Of a stretch of 64,000 nt of DNA, positions 19,232-28,295 are shown one piece after another. The stretch's first letter is position 1; each line of letters starts with the position of its first letter. The position numbers and the translations under genes were made by a program. The notes under the pieces were generated by a model. The model had not been told where the DNA came from and searched no databases. It worked only from the letters and a program-made list of their open reading frames with translations. This DNA is from an uncultured Chloroflexia bacterium (GTDB lineage: Bacteria > Chloroflexota > Limnocylindria > QHBO01): assembly GCA_963827475.1 (NCBI GenBank), contig CAWHAZ010000005.1:64001-128000 (forward strand), given 5' to 3'.

Positions 19232-20267
19232 ATGAAGGCAGTCATCTTCCGTCGGCGCGGTGGACCGGAGGTCCTCTCGTACGAGGACGTCGCCGATCCG
19301 GTCCCCGGCCCCGACGAGGTCCTCGTGCGGGTCGGGGCATGCGGTTTGAACCACCTGGACCTCCATGTCCGCGAGGGGAGCAACGGGATGCGCGCACCCC
19401 TGCCCCACATCGGAGGATTGGAGCCTGCGGGAACGATCGCCGCGGTTGGAACCGCCGTGACGGAATGGTCGGTGGGAGACCGGGTCATCGTCCTCGCCTT
19501 CACCGCGGATGGCACCTGCGCGTTCTGCCGCGACGGCCGGGAGAACCTGTGCGAGAACCGCGAGATCATCGGTCTGAGCCGAGATGGCGGCTTCGCCGAG
19601 TACGTCGTTGCCCCGGCTTCGTGCCTCGTCCGCACGCCGGATGGGCTGACCGATACCGAAGCGGCTGCCCTGCCGTCCGCGTTCGGCACGGCCTGGCACA
19701 TGCTCGTCACCCGGGCCCAGACCAAGGCCGATGAGTGGGTCCTCGTCCTGGCGGCGGGCTCCGGCATCGGGAGCGCCGCGATCCAGATCGCGAACGAGCT
19801 CGGTTGCACGGTCATCGCGACGGCCGGGTCGGAGGAGAAGCTGGCGAAGGCGCGAGAGCTGGGGGCGGCGCACGTCATCAACCACGCCGAGACGCCGCGC
19901 TTCGAGCTGGAGGTCATGAAGATCACCGATGGGCGCGGGCGTGGACGTCGTGTTCGAGCACATCGGTCCGGCCACCTGGCGCCACAGCCTGGCCAGCCTG
20001 CGGACCGGCGGCCGGGTGGTGACCTGTGGGGGCCTGACCGGGCGCATGGCCGAGACCGACCTGTGGAACCTGTTCTGGCGCCAGTTCACGATCCTCGGCT
20101 CGATGGGCGCGACGCGCTCCGACCTGGCCGGCGTGCTGGGACTCGTGGAGGGCGGGCGGGTGCAGCCGGTGATCGACCGCACCTTCCCGCTGTCGGAGAC
20201 GCGGGCTGCCCAGGAGCATCTCGACGCCCGCCGCGCCTTCGGAAAGGTGGTCGTGGTCGCCGACTAG
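19232..20267 (+). CDS. Zinc-binding MDR alcohol dehydrogenase/oxidoreductase; frameshift near 19930
   Basis: CGLNHLD, C-x2-C-x7-C, AAGSGIGSAAIQ, FGKVV in second frame. Confidence 0.88.
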
Positions 20268-20773
20268 GCGCCGCCGGCCAGGGGAAGCTCAGTCGGCGTA
20301 CAGGTCGGGGTCGAGCAGCCAGGCAAGCTCGCCGGAACCCGGTTCGGGGATGCCCGGGAACTCGACGCAGGCCAGCCCGCCTTTCCGCATGCGGACGGCG
20401 CTCGCGCCGGTGAGGCGCCGCACCGCCATGCGAGAGGTCGGGCTCGTGGCCGACGAACATCACCCGCCGCGCGTCGCGATGGGCAGCGAGCGCCCGGGCG
20501 AGGTCTGCCCAGTCGGCACCGGGCCGCAGCCGGTCGTCGACGACCGGCTCGTGGCTCGATCCGATGCCCGTCGGCGAACAGCTGAGCGGTCTGCAGCGCT
20601 CGCGGAAACGGCGAGCTGAGGATGACGTCCGGTCGCAGGTTCAGTCGGCGCCAGACCGGGGCCGCTGCCTGAAGCTCGGCTGATCCGGCATCGGTCAGCT
20701 CCCGCGCATCGTCGTCCGGGTCCATCGGGTCGTGGTGGCCCGCCTTGCCGTGGCGCAGGAAGTACAGGATCAC
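20264..20773 (-). CDS. sixA: SixA-type phosphohistidine phosphatase; frameshifted
   Basis: LYFLRHGKA, SSPFPRALQTA, VGHEPDLS across frames. Confidence 0.8.
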   Translation of the reverse strand: MILYFLRHGKAGHHDPMDPDDDARELTDAGSAELQAAAPVWRRLNLRPDVILSSPFPRALQTAQLFADGHRIEPRAGRRRPAAARCRLGRPRPGARCPSRRAAGDVRRPRARPLAWRCGASPARAPSACGKAGWPASSSRASPNRVPASLPGCSTPTCTPTELPLAGGA

Positions 20774-21168
20774 GAGTCGGCCTCGCCGCCCCGCGTCCCC
20801 GCGTGGCCGGCCGCGACTCCGCGAGCGTGCCCGGTCCGCGGGACGACAACCCTGCCGTGGGTCAGGGCCTCGGCCCTGGGGAGCGTGATCGACAGGACAC
20901 CGTTGCCGTAGGTGACGTTGGCCCGCACCGCGTCGACCGGGTACGGGAGGTCGATCGTCCGCTGGTACGGACCGTACGACCACTCCCGCCGCAGGTGGGT
21001 GATCCGCTCCTGCCCCTCCCCTCGCTGCTCGGCGCGGAGGGTGAGCCGGCCGTCAGCCGTGACCTCGACGCTGATGTCCTCAGGGGCGACGCCGGGCATC
21101 GGCGCGACGACCATCAGCTCGCGCTCGTTCTCGAACAGGTTGACCGGAACCTCCGGACCGATGGTCAT
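20770..21168 (-). CDS. Hsp20/alpha-crystallin family protein
   Basis: PVNLFE, MPGVAPEDI, YQRTIDLP, YGNGVLSITLP. Confidence 0.9.
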   Translation of the reverse strand: MTIGPEVPVNLFENERELMVVAPMPGVAPEDISVEVTADGRLTLRAEQRGEGQERITHLRREWSYGPYQRTIDLPYPVDAVRANVTYGNGVLSITLPRAEALTHGRVVVPRTGHARGVAAGHAGTRGGEADS

Positions 21169-21171
21169 CGG

Positions 21172-22389
21172 TCAGTCGGGGAAGGCCTCGGGGCCGCGCT
21201 CGGCAAGCTCGCGGGCCTCGGCATCGGCGTCCCTGGCCGGCAGCCAGCTGAAGGGGTAGGCCGGGTCCTCCAGCTCGCCCGCCTGGCGGGTGAGCTGGAG
21301 CGGGTGGAAGGTGTCGATCATCACCGCCAGCTCCTCGGTCGCCTCCCGACCGATGGACGCCTCGACCGTTCCCGGGTGCGGTCCGTGGGGGATCCCGGCT
21401 GGATGGACGGTGAACGAGCTGATGTCCACCCCGCGGCGGCTCATGAAGTTGCCGGCCACGTAGTAGATGACCTCGTCCGAGTTGATGTTCGAGTGGTTGT
21501 ACGGGGCGGGGATGGCCAACGGGTGGTAGTCGAACTTGCGCGGCACGAAGCTGCAGATGACGTAGTTGCGCGGCTGGAAGGTGAGGTGGACCGGCGGCGG
21601 CTGGTGGACCCGTCCGGTGATCGGTTCGAAGTCGGAGATGTTGAAGGCGAACGGCCACAGGTGCCCGTCCCAGCCGACGAGGTCGAAGGGGTGGTGCTGG
21701 TAGTGGTAGGCGGTGATCCGGCCGCGGGTCTTGACCTCGATCACGAAGTCGCCGCTCTCCGTGTTCGCCGCCATCTCGGCGGGCGGTCGAAGGTCGCGCT
21801 CGCAGTACGGGGAGTGCTCGAGGAGCTGGCCGAAGTCGTTGCGATAGCGCTTGGGCGGGACGATGGCCGACGGCGACTCGACCCACAGCATCCGCTGCGC
21901 CTCGCCCGCCGCCGGGACGACGCGGTACGTCGTTCCGATGGGAATGACCAGGTAGTCGCCGGGGCCGTAGTCGATCGGTCCGAAGATCGTCTCCAGCGTC
22001 CCGTGCCCCTCGTGGACGAACAGCATCTCGTCCGCCTCGCCGTTGCGGTAGTAGCGGGTCATCGCCTCCGCCGGCCGAACGACCCCGAAGGTGACGTCGT
22101 GGTTGAAGAACAGCGGGATCCGGCCGGAGAGGGCGTCACCGGACGGCTCGACGTCCTTGGTGTTCACCAGGTAGTGGCGATGCGGCGCGTCCGACCAGGC
22201 CTCGAGGGCGACGTCTCGAACCTTCTCGATGCGGTTGGTTCGGGTTGGCGGGGTGTGGTGGTACAGGAGGGACGCTCGACCGCTGAAGCCCTCGACCCCG
22301 AACAGCTCCTCCGCGTAGAGCGTGCCGTCGTCCTTCCGGAACTGGGTGTGGCGCTTGGGCGGCACCTGGCCGCGTTGGACGTAGAACAC
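21172..22389 (-). CDS. hmgA: Homogentisate 1,2-dioxygenase
   Basis: PPKRHTQF, VGWDG, GRVHQPPPVH, PYNHSN..SDE, HPAGIPHGPHPG. Confidence 0.93.
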   Translation of the reverse strand: MFYVQRGQVPPKRHTQFRKDDGTLYAEELFGVEGFSGRASLLYHHTPPTRTNRIEKVRDVALEAWSDAPHRHYLVNTKDVEPSGDALSGRIPLFFNHDVTFGVVRPAEAMTRYYRNGEADEMLFVHEGHGTLETIFGPIDYGPGDYLVIPIGTTYRVVPAAGEAQRMLWVESPSAIVPPKRYRNDFGQLLEHSPYCERDLRPPAEMAANTESGDFVIEVKTRGRITAYHYQHHPFDLVGWDGHLWPFAFNISDFEPITGRVHQPPPVHLTFQPRNYVICSFVPRKFDYHPLAIPAPYNHSNINSDEVIYYVAGNFMSRRGVDISSFTVHPAGIPHGPHPGTVEASIGREATEELAVMIDTFHPLQLTRQAGELEDPAYPFSWLPARDADAEARELAERGPEAFPD

Positions 22390-22455
22390 GAGACGGCCAT
22401 TCTAGGTCGGCGCCGGCTGCGGCCGGTCGATCGCCCGGTGCGGGATGGACCTGGA

Positions 22456-23298
22456 TCAGCCCGTGGTCCGGCGGCGGCCCGGCCTGGGGTTGTCAGCCAC
22501 CGCCGCGAGCACCGCTTTCAGCTCGAACGGGGTCAGGCCCGGGTGCTTGGACAGGATGAGCGCGGCCATGCCGGCCACGTGGGGAGCGGCGAACGAGTTG
22601 CCGGTGGCCACCGTCTCGGTGCCGTCCTTCCAGGCGATCGGCACGTCCACGCCCCAGGCACCGAACTCGACCGGCGGGTTGGGGTTGTAGTACAGGCGCC
22701 ACTTGTCCGGCTCGGCATGCGCGGCGACCGAGACCACGCTGCTGAACAGCGACGGATACGAGGCCACGTTCACGTTGTTGGCCGCGCTGACCAGGATCAC
22801 GTTGCGGAAGTAGGCCTCGTCCGCGAGCTCGTGGAAGACGGGGTACAGGGCCTCGCTCTTCGACGACAGGCTCAGGTTGGCGACCTGGACCCCGCGCTCG
22901 ATGGCCCACGACAGCCCCTCGGCGAACGCCGCGCCCTTTCCCTTCAGGTCCTCGTTCAGGACCCGGACCGAGACGATGTCGGCGTCCGGGGCGAGGTCCA
23001 GGATGATCCCCGCGCAGGCCGTGCCGTGGCCGTAGAGGTCGATCGGCTCGTCGGGCACGACCTCCGTGTCCCCGCGCCGATCAACGCGAACCGCGACGCT
23101 TTCCACCAGCCGATCCTCGAGCCACGGATGGTCGCCCTCGACTCCACTGTCGATGACGGCCACCGTCACGCCCTTGCCGGTCGCCCCTCCCCAGGCCCAC
23201 GACCGATCGATCCGCCGCAGCCCGGCGCGACGGGCCAGCCGATCGGCCGCGGCGAATGGCTCGGCCCAGGCGGGCAGCTCCTCCGGTTCGACCGACAT
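22456..23298 (-). CDS. S8 subtilisin-like serine protease, no signal peptide
   Basis: VAVIDSG (Asp), HGTACAG (His), GNSFAAPHVAG (Ser), SAANN oxyanion Asn. Confidence 0.92.
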   Translation of the reverse strand: MSVEPEELPAWAEPFAAADRLARRAGLRRIDRSWAWGGATGKGVTVAVIDSGVEGDHPWLEDRLVESVAVRVDRRGDTEVVPDEPIDLYGHGTACAGIILDLAPDADIVSVRVLNEDLKGKGAAFAEGLSWAIERGVQVANLSLSSKSEALYPVFHELADEAYFRNVILVSAANNVNVASYPSLFSSVVSVAAHAEPDKWRLYYNPNPPVEFGAWGVDVPIAWKDGTETVATGNSFAAPHVAGMAALILSKHPGLTPFELKAVLAAVADNPRPGRRRTTG

Positions 23299-23305
23299 CG
23301 GTCCG

Positions 23306-24100
23306 TCAGCGACGGCGGGAATAGGTGCGCCGAGAGGCCGCGTTGGCGGCAATGGCGGCCAGGACGTCGCTGACCAGGCTCAGCTCCGCCTCTCCCAGCC
23401 CCCGGAGCTGGGCCACCTGGTCCGCCAGCCGCCAGTACGGGCTGTCGGCGTCGAGGTCCATGTCGTCGGAAGCCGCGGCGACCAGGGCATCGAGCTGGGC
23501 ATCGGTCAGGCCGTTGCCGGTGGCTCGGGAGAAGGCGGTGCGGAGCAGCTGCGGCAGCTCGCGTTGGGCTCGGGTCACGGCGATGGCGGTCGCGGCCTGG
23601 GCGGCGAAGACCCCGATCAGCTCCATGTCGCGGAGGTCGAAGGTGGCCGATCCCTTCTTGTCGAGGACCTGGAGCACGCCGTGGGTGCCCAGCTCATCGG
23701 TGAGGGGCACGGCGGCGATCGAACGGGGCACGTAGCCGGTCTTCTCCGCCGTCTTGCGGTCGAACCGTGGATCCGACGCGACGTCTGACAGGGCAATGGC
23801 CTGGCCGGTGGAGTACACGAAGCCGGCGATGCCCTGGCTCGGTTTCACGCTCTTCCCGATCGCGCCCGCGCCCTGCGGGCCAGCGGCGACCCGAAACTCG
23901 AGCCGGTCGGGGTTGCGCTCGAAGAGCGCGATCGACGCCGCCTCGGCGTCGAACAGGCGGACCGTGGCATCCACGATCGACTGCAGGAGACGCTCCTCTC
24001 CGCCGGGGTGGAGCCGATCGGCCACCGCGGCCCGCTCGGCCCCGGCGCGAACGATGGCCAGCGCCTGGTCCAGGGCCCGCGACGAGGGGCGGCTGCTCAT
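23306..24100 (-). CDS. Stand-alone GAF-domain protein
   Basis: GIAGFV..TGQ..DV.SDPRFD..TGY.PRSI..VPL...GVLQVLDK...F...D. Confidence 0.88.
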   Translation of the reverse strand: MSSRPSSRALDQALAIVRAGAERAAVADRLHPGGEERLLQSIVDATVRLFDAEAASIALFERNPDRLEFRVAAGPQGAGAIGKSVKPSQGIAGFVYSTGQAIALSDVASDPRFDRKTAEKTGYVPRSIAAVPLTDELGTHGVLQVLDKKGSATFDLRDMELIGVFAAQAATAIAVTRAQRELPQLLRTAFSRATGNGLTDAQLDALVAAASDDMDLDADSPYWRLADQVAQLRGLGEAELSLVSDVLAAIAANAASRRTYSRRR

Positions 24101-24111
24101 CGGGGCATAGC

Positions 24112-24143
24112 GTAAGGCGGCGGGGGGAGCCCCGCCGCCTTAC
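24112..24143. terminator. Perfect 14-bp hairpin between the repeat gene and the GAF gene (stabiliser or partial terminator)
   Basis: GTAAGGCGGCGGGG-GGAG-CCCCGCCGCCTTAC; no U-tract. Confidence 0.7.
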
Positions 24144-24161
24144 CTGCTCGGGAAGCTGTCG

Positions 24162-24680
24162 TTACCGCTTCTTGGCCGGCGATGCCTTGGCCTTTGCCCG
24201 CGCTCGGGCGTGGCCCTGGGTGTCGTCACCGGTCGCCCGCTTCTTGGCGGGAGATGCGGCCTTGGCCTTCGCCCGGGCTCGGGCGTGGCCCTCGGTGTCG
24301 TCATCGGCGCGGGTGCGGGCCCGGGTCTTCGCCTTGCTGACGGCGCGGGTCTTGGCCTTGGCGTGGGCGTGGCCCTCGGTGTCGTCATCGGCGCGGGTGC
24401 GGGCCCGAGTCTTCGCCTTGCTGACGGCGCGGGTCTTGGCCTTGGCGTGAGCGTGGCCCTCGGTGTCGTCATCGGCGCGGGTGCGGGCCCGAGTCTTCGC
24501 CTTGCTGACGGCACGAGTCTTGGCCTTGGCGTGGGCGTGGCCCTCGGTGTCGTCATCGGCGCGGGTACGGGCCCGAGTCTTCGCCTTGCTGACGGCACGA
24601 GTCTTGGCCTTGGTATGGGCGTGGCCTTCCACGTCCTCGTCTCCGGAGACGCGGCCCCGGACTCTGGCTCTCTGGTCCAT
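24162..24680 (-). CDS. Repetitive 172-aa protein with six D(D/E)D(T/V)EGH-type motifs each followed by a basic core; candidate multi-core precursor peptide
   Basis: GGGAGG upstream; DEDVEGH, 4x DDDTEGH, DDTQGH; cores AHAKAKTRAVSKAKTRARTRA and ARARAKAKA(A)SPAKKR. Confidence 0.8.
   Translation of the reverse strand: MDQRARVRGRVSGDEDVEGHAHTKAKTRAVSKAKTRARTRADDDTEGHAHAKAKTRAVSKAKTRARTRADDDTEGHAHAKAKTRAVSKAKTRARTRADDDTEGHAHAKAKTRAVSKAKTRARTRADDDTEGHARARAKAKAASPAKKRATGDDTQGHARARAKAKASPAKKR
24285..24641 (-). repeat. 84-bp (28-codon) tandem repeat, ~4.25 copies
   Basis: Near-identical units differing mostly at synonymous positions. Confidence 0.92.
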
Positions 24681-24767
24681 GGTGGTTTCTAGCCTCCCGA
24701 TTGTTGCTCCGGACCCGATGGCCCGGAATCTCGGGCCTCACGGTATGGAACCAGCCTTGCCGGTACC

Positions 24768-24806
24768 GATCACACCGGCGACAGCTGGGGTGTCAATTGG
24801 CCGACA
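24768..24806. promoter_or_regulatory. Crp/Fnr (CooA-type) operator TGTCA-N6-CGACA plus a second degenerate site
   Basis: TGTCAATTGGCCGACA at 24791-24806; GATCACACCGGCGACA at 24768-24783; upstream of the repeat gene. Confidence 0.6.
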
Positions 24807-24823
24807 CGGCGCTCCGGCCGATC

Positions 24824-25534
24824 CTAGCGAACCGCGAGTTGTTCCAGACGGTCGAGATCGGGGATCACCAATGTCTCGCGCTCGATGCGCACCAGTCCGC
24901 GATCGACGAGGTCGACCAGCAGCCGGTTCACGCTCTGGCGCGTGGCGCCAATCATGGCAGCCAGATCGGATTGTGTGAAGGGCCATTCGAGCCGGGCCTC
25001 CAGGCGGCCGTCATCGGTGCGCTGCGGCGGAGGATCCGCCTCCCGGGCCAGGCGCACGAGGCGGCTGGCCAGCCGCCCGCTGAGGTCGAGGAAGTGGAGC
25101 TCCTCGACGTGCCCGGTCAGGCGCCGCAGCTCGGCGGCCAGCGAGCGGAGCAGGCAGTCGCGCAGCCGCTCGCTGCGCCCGATCTCCTCGAGGAACGTGT
25201 CCCGGGGCAGGCTCACCGTCTCGGTCGCCTCGACCGCGGCAGCGGTCGCGGAACGTGGCGAGCCGTCCAGCAGGGAGAGCTCGCCGAAGAAGTCGCCCGG
25301 ATGGAGCGTGGCGATGATCGCCTCGTCGCCCTCGTCCGAGGACAGCACGATCTTCACCGCCCCCGACGCGACGACGTGCAGGGCATCGGCCGGATCGCCC
25401 TCGTGGAAGATGACCTCGCCCCGCCGGAATCGGCGGCGGCGGACATGGCGGACGACCTCCGCCAGATCTTCCGGCTCCGCACCGGTGAACAGCGGGCACC
25501 GCAACAGCAGGCCCAGGGTCACATCGTCAGCCAT
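24824..25534 (-). CDS. Crp/Fnr family transcriptional regulator
   Basis: FFGELSLLDGSPRSATA cNMP pocket; TQSDLAAMIGATRQSVNRLL HTH. Confidence 0.93.
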   Translation of the reverse strand: MADDVTLGLLLRCPLFTGAEPEDLAEVVRHVRRRRFRRGEVIFHEGDPADALHVVASGAVKIVLSSDEGDEAIIATLHPGDFFGELSLLDGSPRSATAAAVEATETVSLPRDTFLEEIGRSERLRDCLLRSLAAELRRLTGHVEELHFLDLSGRLASRLVRLAREADPPPQRTDDGRLEARLEWPFTQSDLAAMIGATRQSVNRLLVDLVDRGLVRIERETLVIPDLDRLEQLAVR

Positions 25535-27199
25535 TGCTCGGTCCCTCCTCGGCGGAAGCGTCCAGGCGCGCCGCGGCGCCGCGGTGCATGTCCAGCAGGC
25601 GTGAGGTGAGCCCCGGCCCGGCACCCACCAGCTCGAGGAATCGCTGGACCGTCGAGCGCGAGCAGCGCGCCCTCCGCGGCGGCGGTCACGGTCGCGGTTC
25701 GCGGCACGCTGCGCAGCAGTCCGATCTCCCCGAAAACCTCGTCCGGCCCCAGCGTCCGGAGGAACCGCGGCGCGCCGCCCGGATCCTTGGTCTGGGTCAC
25801 CTCGAACGCCCCGTCGAGGATGTGGAAGAAGCGATCCGCGGGGTCGCCCTGGCGGACCACGACCTCACCCGGCAGGACCCGCACGCGAGACAGGTGGCGG
25901 GCAGCCTGCTCCAGGGAGGCGGGCGAAGGCCCATCGAAGAGCGGCAGCCGGACGAAGCGGTCCGCGCCCGGGTCGAGGCGGAGGCGCCGCCGATCGGCCG
26001 ACCACCAGCGTCCCGATCAGGGTGGCCGCGACCATCGCGATGCCAAACCCCAGGAGGACGACGACCGGTCCGACGATCGCCGCCAGGACCGGAGCCAGGA
26101 AAGCGCCGAGCGCGTAGGCGGTCACGGTCACCGTGTCCATCGCGCCGATGGTCCGGCCCCGGATCGCGTCGGGCACCTCGCGCTGGAAGATGGTGGTGGC
26201 CACCACCTCGAGGACGAGCATTCCCGCGGTCGCCACCGCCATGGCGGCGATGGCCGCCAGCAGCACCGCCGACTGGCCGACCAGGATCACCCCGACACCC
26301 AGGGTCACGCCGCCCACCGCCAGCGGGACGTCGAGCCGGCGACGGAGGGTCATCGGTCCCGCGACCAGCGCCCCGATCAGCCCGCCCAGCCCGATCGCCG
26401 CGTTCAGCCACCCGGTCCCCGCGTCGCCCGCCCCGAGCACCTCGATGGCGATGACCACGGTCAGCACGGCCAGCCCGCCCGACACGAACCCATCGACCAG
26501 GTTGATGAGCCCGAGGCCCGAGAGCGGCCGGATCGCCGGTCGCACCGCTTCCCGGAAGGCCGGCTGTGGCTCCGCTCCCGCGTCCTCGGCGGCGACCCGG
26601 CCCCGGGCCTGATCACGAGGCAGACGCCACAGGACCGCGGCGACGACCATGAAGCTGACCGCGTTCAGGAAGAAGGCGAGCGGAATGCTGCCCAGGCTGA
26701 TGAGGATGGCGCCGACCGCCGGCCCGATGATGAACGCGAGGTTGTCCAGGCTCGACCACGCCGCGTTGGCCGGGCCGAGCTCGCGCTCATCGGTGACCAG
26801 GGTCGGGATGAGCGAGCCGATGGCCGGCGAGAAGAAGGCGGAGAAGCATGCCGCCAGCAGGCTGAGCGCGACGATGAGCAGGATGTCCCCGCCCAGCAGG
26901 GTCAGGGCGGTGAGGGCGAGCATGATCAGCCCGCGGGCGACGTCGGTGACGATCAGGATGAGACGGCGGTCGTACCGATCGGCGGCGATGCCGGCCGGGA
27001 CCGACAGCAGGATGTAGGGCACGATCCGGGCCGCGCCGACGATCCCGAGCACGAGCGGCGACGCTCCGGATCGGTACACGACCACCAGCAGGGCGACGAG
27101 GTACAGCCAGTCGCCGATGGATGACACGAACTCCCCGACGAACAGGCGGGCGAGGGCCGGATTGGCGAAGACACGCCGGTAGGTCGCGAGGCTGCCCAT
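25527..27199 (-). CDS. MFS (DHA3-like) transporter fused to a C-terminal cNMP-binding domain; frameshifted
   Basis: SSIGDWLY, AGIAADRYDRR, ~12 TM; second frame VVRQGDPADRF...FGEIGLLRSVPRTATV. Confidence 0.85.
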
Positions 27200-27236
27200 C
27201 GGTCCGGCCAGTCTAGTGCGTACACTCGGCACGCCC

Positions 27237-28292
27237 ATGGCGGTCCCGGTCATTCGCTCCAACGCCCACCTCGCCCACGACAAGCTCGTGGAGGTCGACT
27301 TCGGGAAGCCGATTCCCGGGTACGAGGTGCCCGCTCGCGCGATCGAGATCGAGAACGCGCTGGTCGAGGCCGGCGGCTATCGGTTCGAGGAACCGACCCA
27401 CCATGGGGAGCTGCCGATCCTCGCCGTCCACGACCAGGCGCTGCTCGAGGTCCTGGCCACCGCCTGGGAGGACGCGATTGCCGCCGGCGTCACCGACGGC
27501 ACCCAGCCGCTCATCCCGGGCACCCTGCTGACGACGGCCTACGCCGCCGGCCACGACACCGGCCTGCCGGCCCCCGGCTATCGGCTGTTCGGCTACACGT
27601 TCGACACCGCCACCCCGATCGTGGCGGGCACCTACCGCGCCGCGCGCGTCTCGGTGGACGTGGCCCTCACCGCCCTCGACCGGTCCCGCGGCGGGGCGCA
27701 CATCGCGTACGGCCTGTGCCGCCCGCCGGGCCACCATGCGGGGCGTGCCCTGTACGGCGGCTATTGCTTCTTCAACAACGCGGCGATCGTGGCCCAGGCG
27801 CTCTCGGACGGCGGCGCGTCCCGGGTCGCGATCCTCGACATCGACTACCACCACGGGAACGGGACGCAGCAGCTGTTCTGGGAGCGTCACGACGTGCTGT
27901 ACGTCTCGCTCCACGGCGACCCGAGCCGCGCCTATCCGTATTACTCCGGCTACGACAACGAGGTCGGCTTCGGGGCGGGCGAGGGCATGAACCTGAACAT
28001 TCCGCTCCCCCCGCGGACCGACGGCGATGCCTACCTCGCGGCGCTGGAGATCGGGTTGCAGGCCATCCAGGACCACGACCCCGACAGCCCGCTCGTCGTG
28101 TCCCTCGGCTTCGACACCTTCGAGCGCGACCCGATCGCCGATTTCGCGCTGAAGACCGAGGACTACCACCGGATCGGTGCCGCGATCGGTGAGCTCGATC
28201 GGCCGGTCATCGCGCTCCAGGAAGGCGGATACGCGATCGACGCGCTGGGGGCCAACGCCGCCAGCTTCTTCGCGGGCCTCCGGGGCCGATAG
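27237..28292 (+). CDS. Histone deacetylase family protein (acetylpolyamine amidohydrolase-like)
   Basis: RPPGHHA, GGYCFFNN, DIDYHHGNGTQ, SLGFD, QEGGY. Confidence 0.92.
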   Translation: MAVPVIRSNAHLAHDKLVEVDFGKPIPGYEVPARAIEIENALVEAGGYRFEEPTHHGELPILAVHDQALLEVLATAWEDAIAAGVTDGTQPLIPGTLLTTAYAAGHDTGLPAPGYRLFGYTFDTATPIVAGTYRAARVSVDVALTALDRSRGGAHIAYGLCRPPGHHAGRALYGGYCFFNNAAIVAQALSDGGASRVAILDIDYHHGNGTQQLFWERHDVLYVSLHGDPSRAYPYYSGYDNEVGFGAGEGMNLNIPLPPRTDGDAYLAALEIGLQAIQDHDPDSPLVVSLGFDTFERDPIADFALKTEDYHRIGAAIGELDRPVIALQEGGYAIDALGANAASFFAGLRGR

Positions 28293-28295
28293 CGG

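Noticed and set aside
20803-23373. Long antisense ORFs (this 856-aa one, also 5262-7523, 27213-29492, 50646-53003, 54228-56168)
   Set aside because: Shadow frames of real genes in high-GC DNA, with no motifs of their own.
24285-24641. 84-bp tandem repeat as a CRISPR array
   Set aside because: No unique spacers and no cas genes; units are in-frame codon repeats with synonymous variation.
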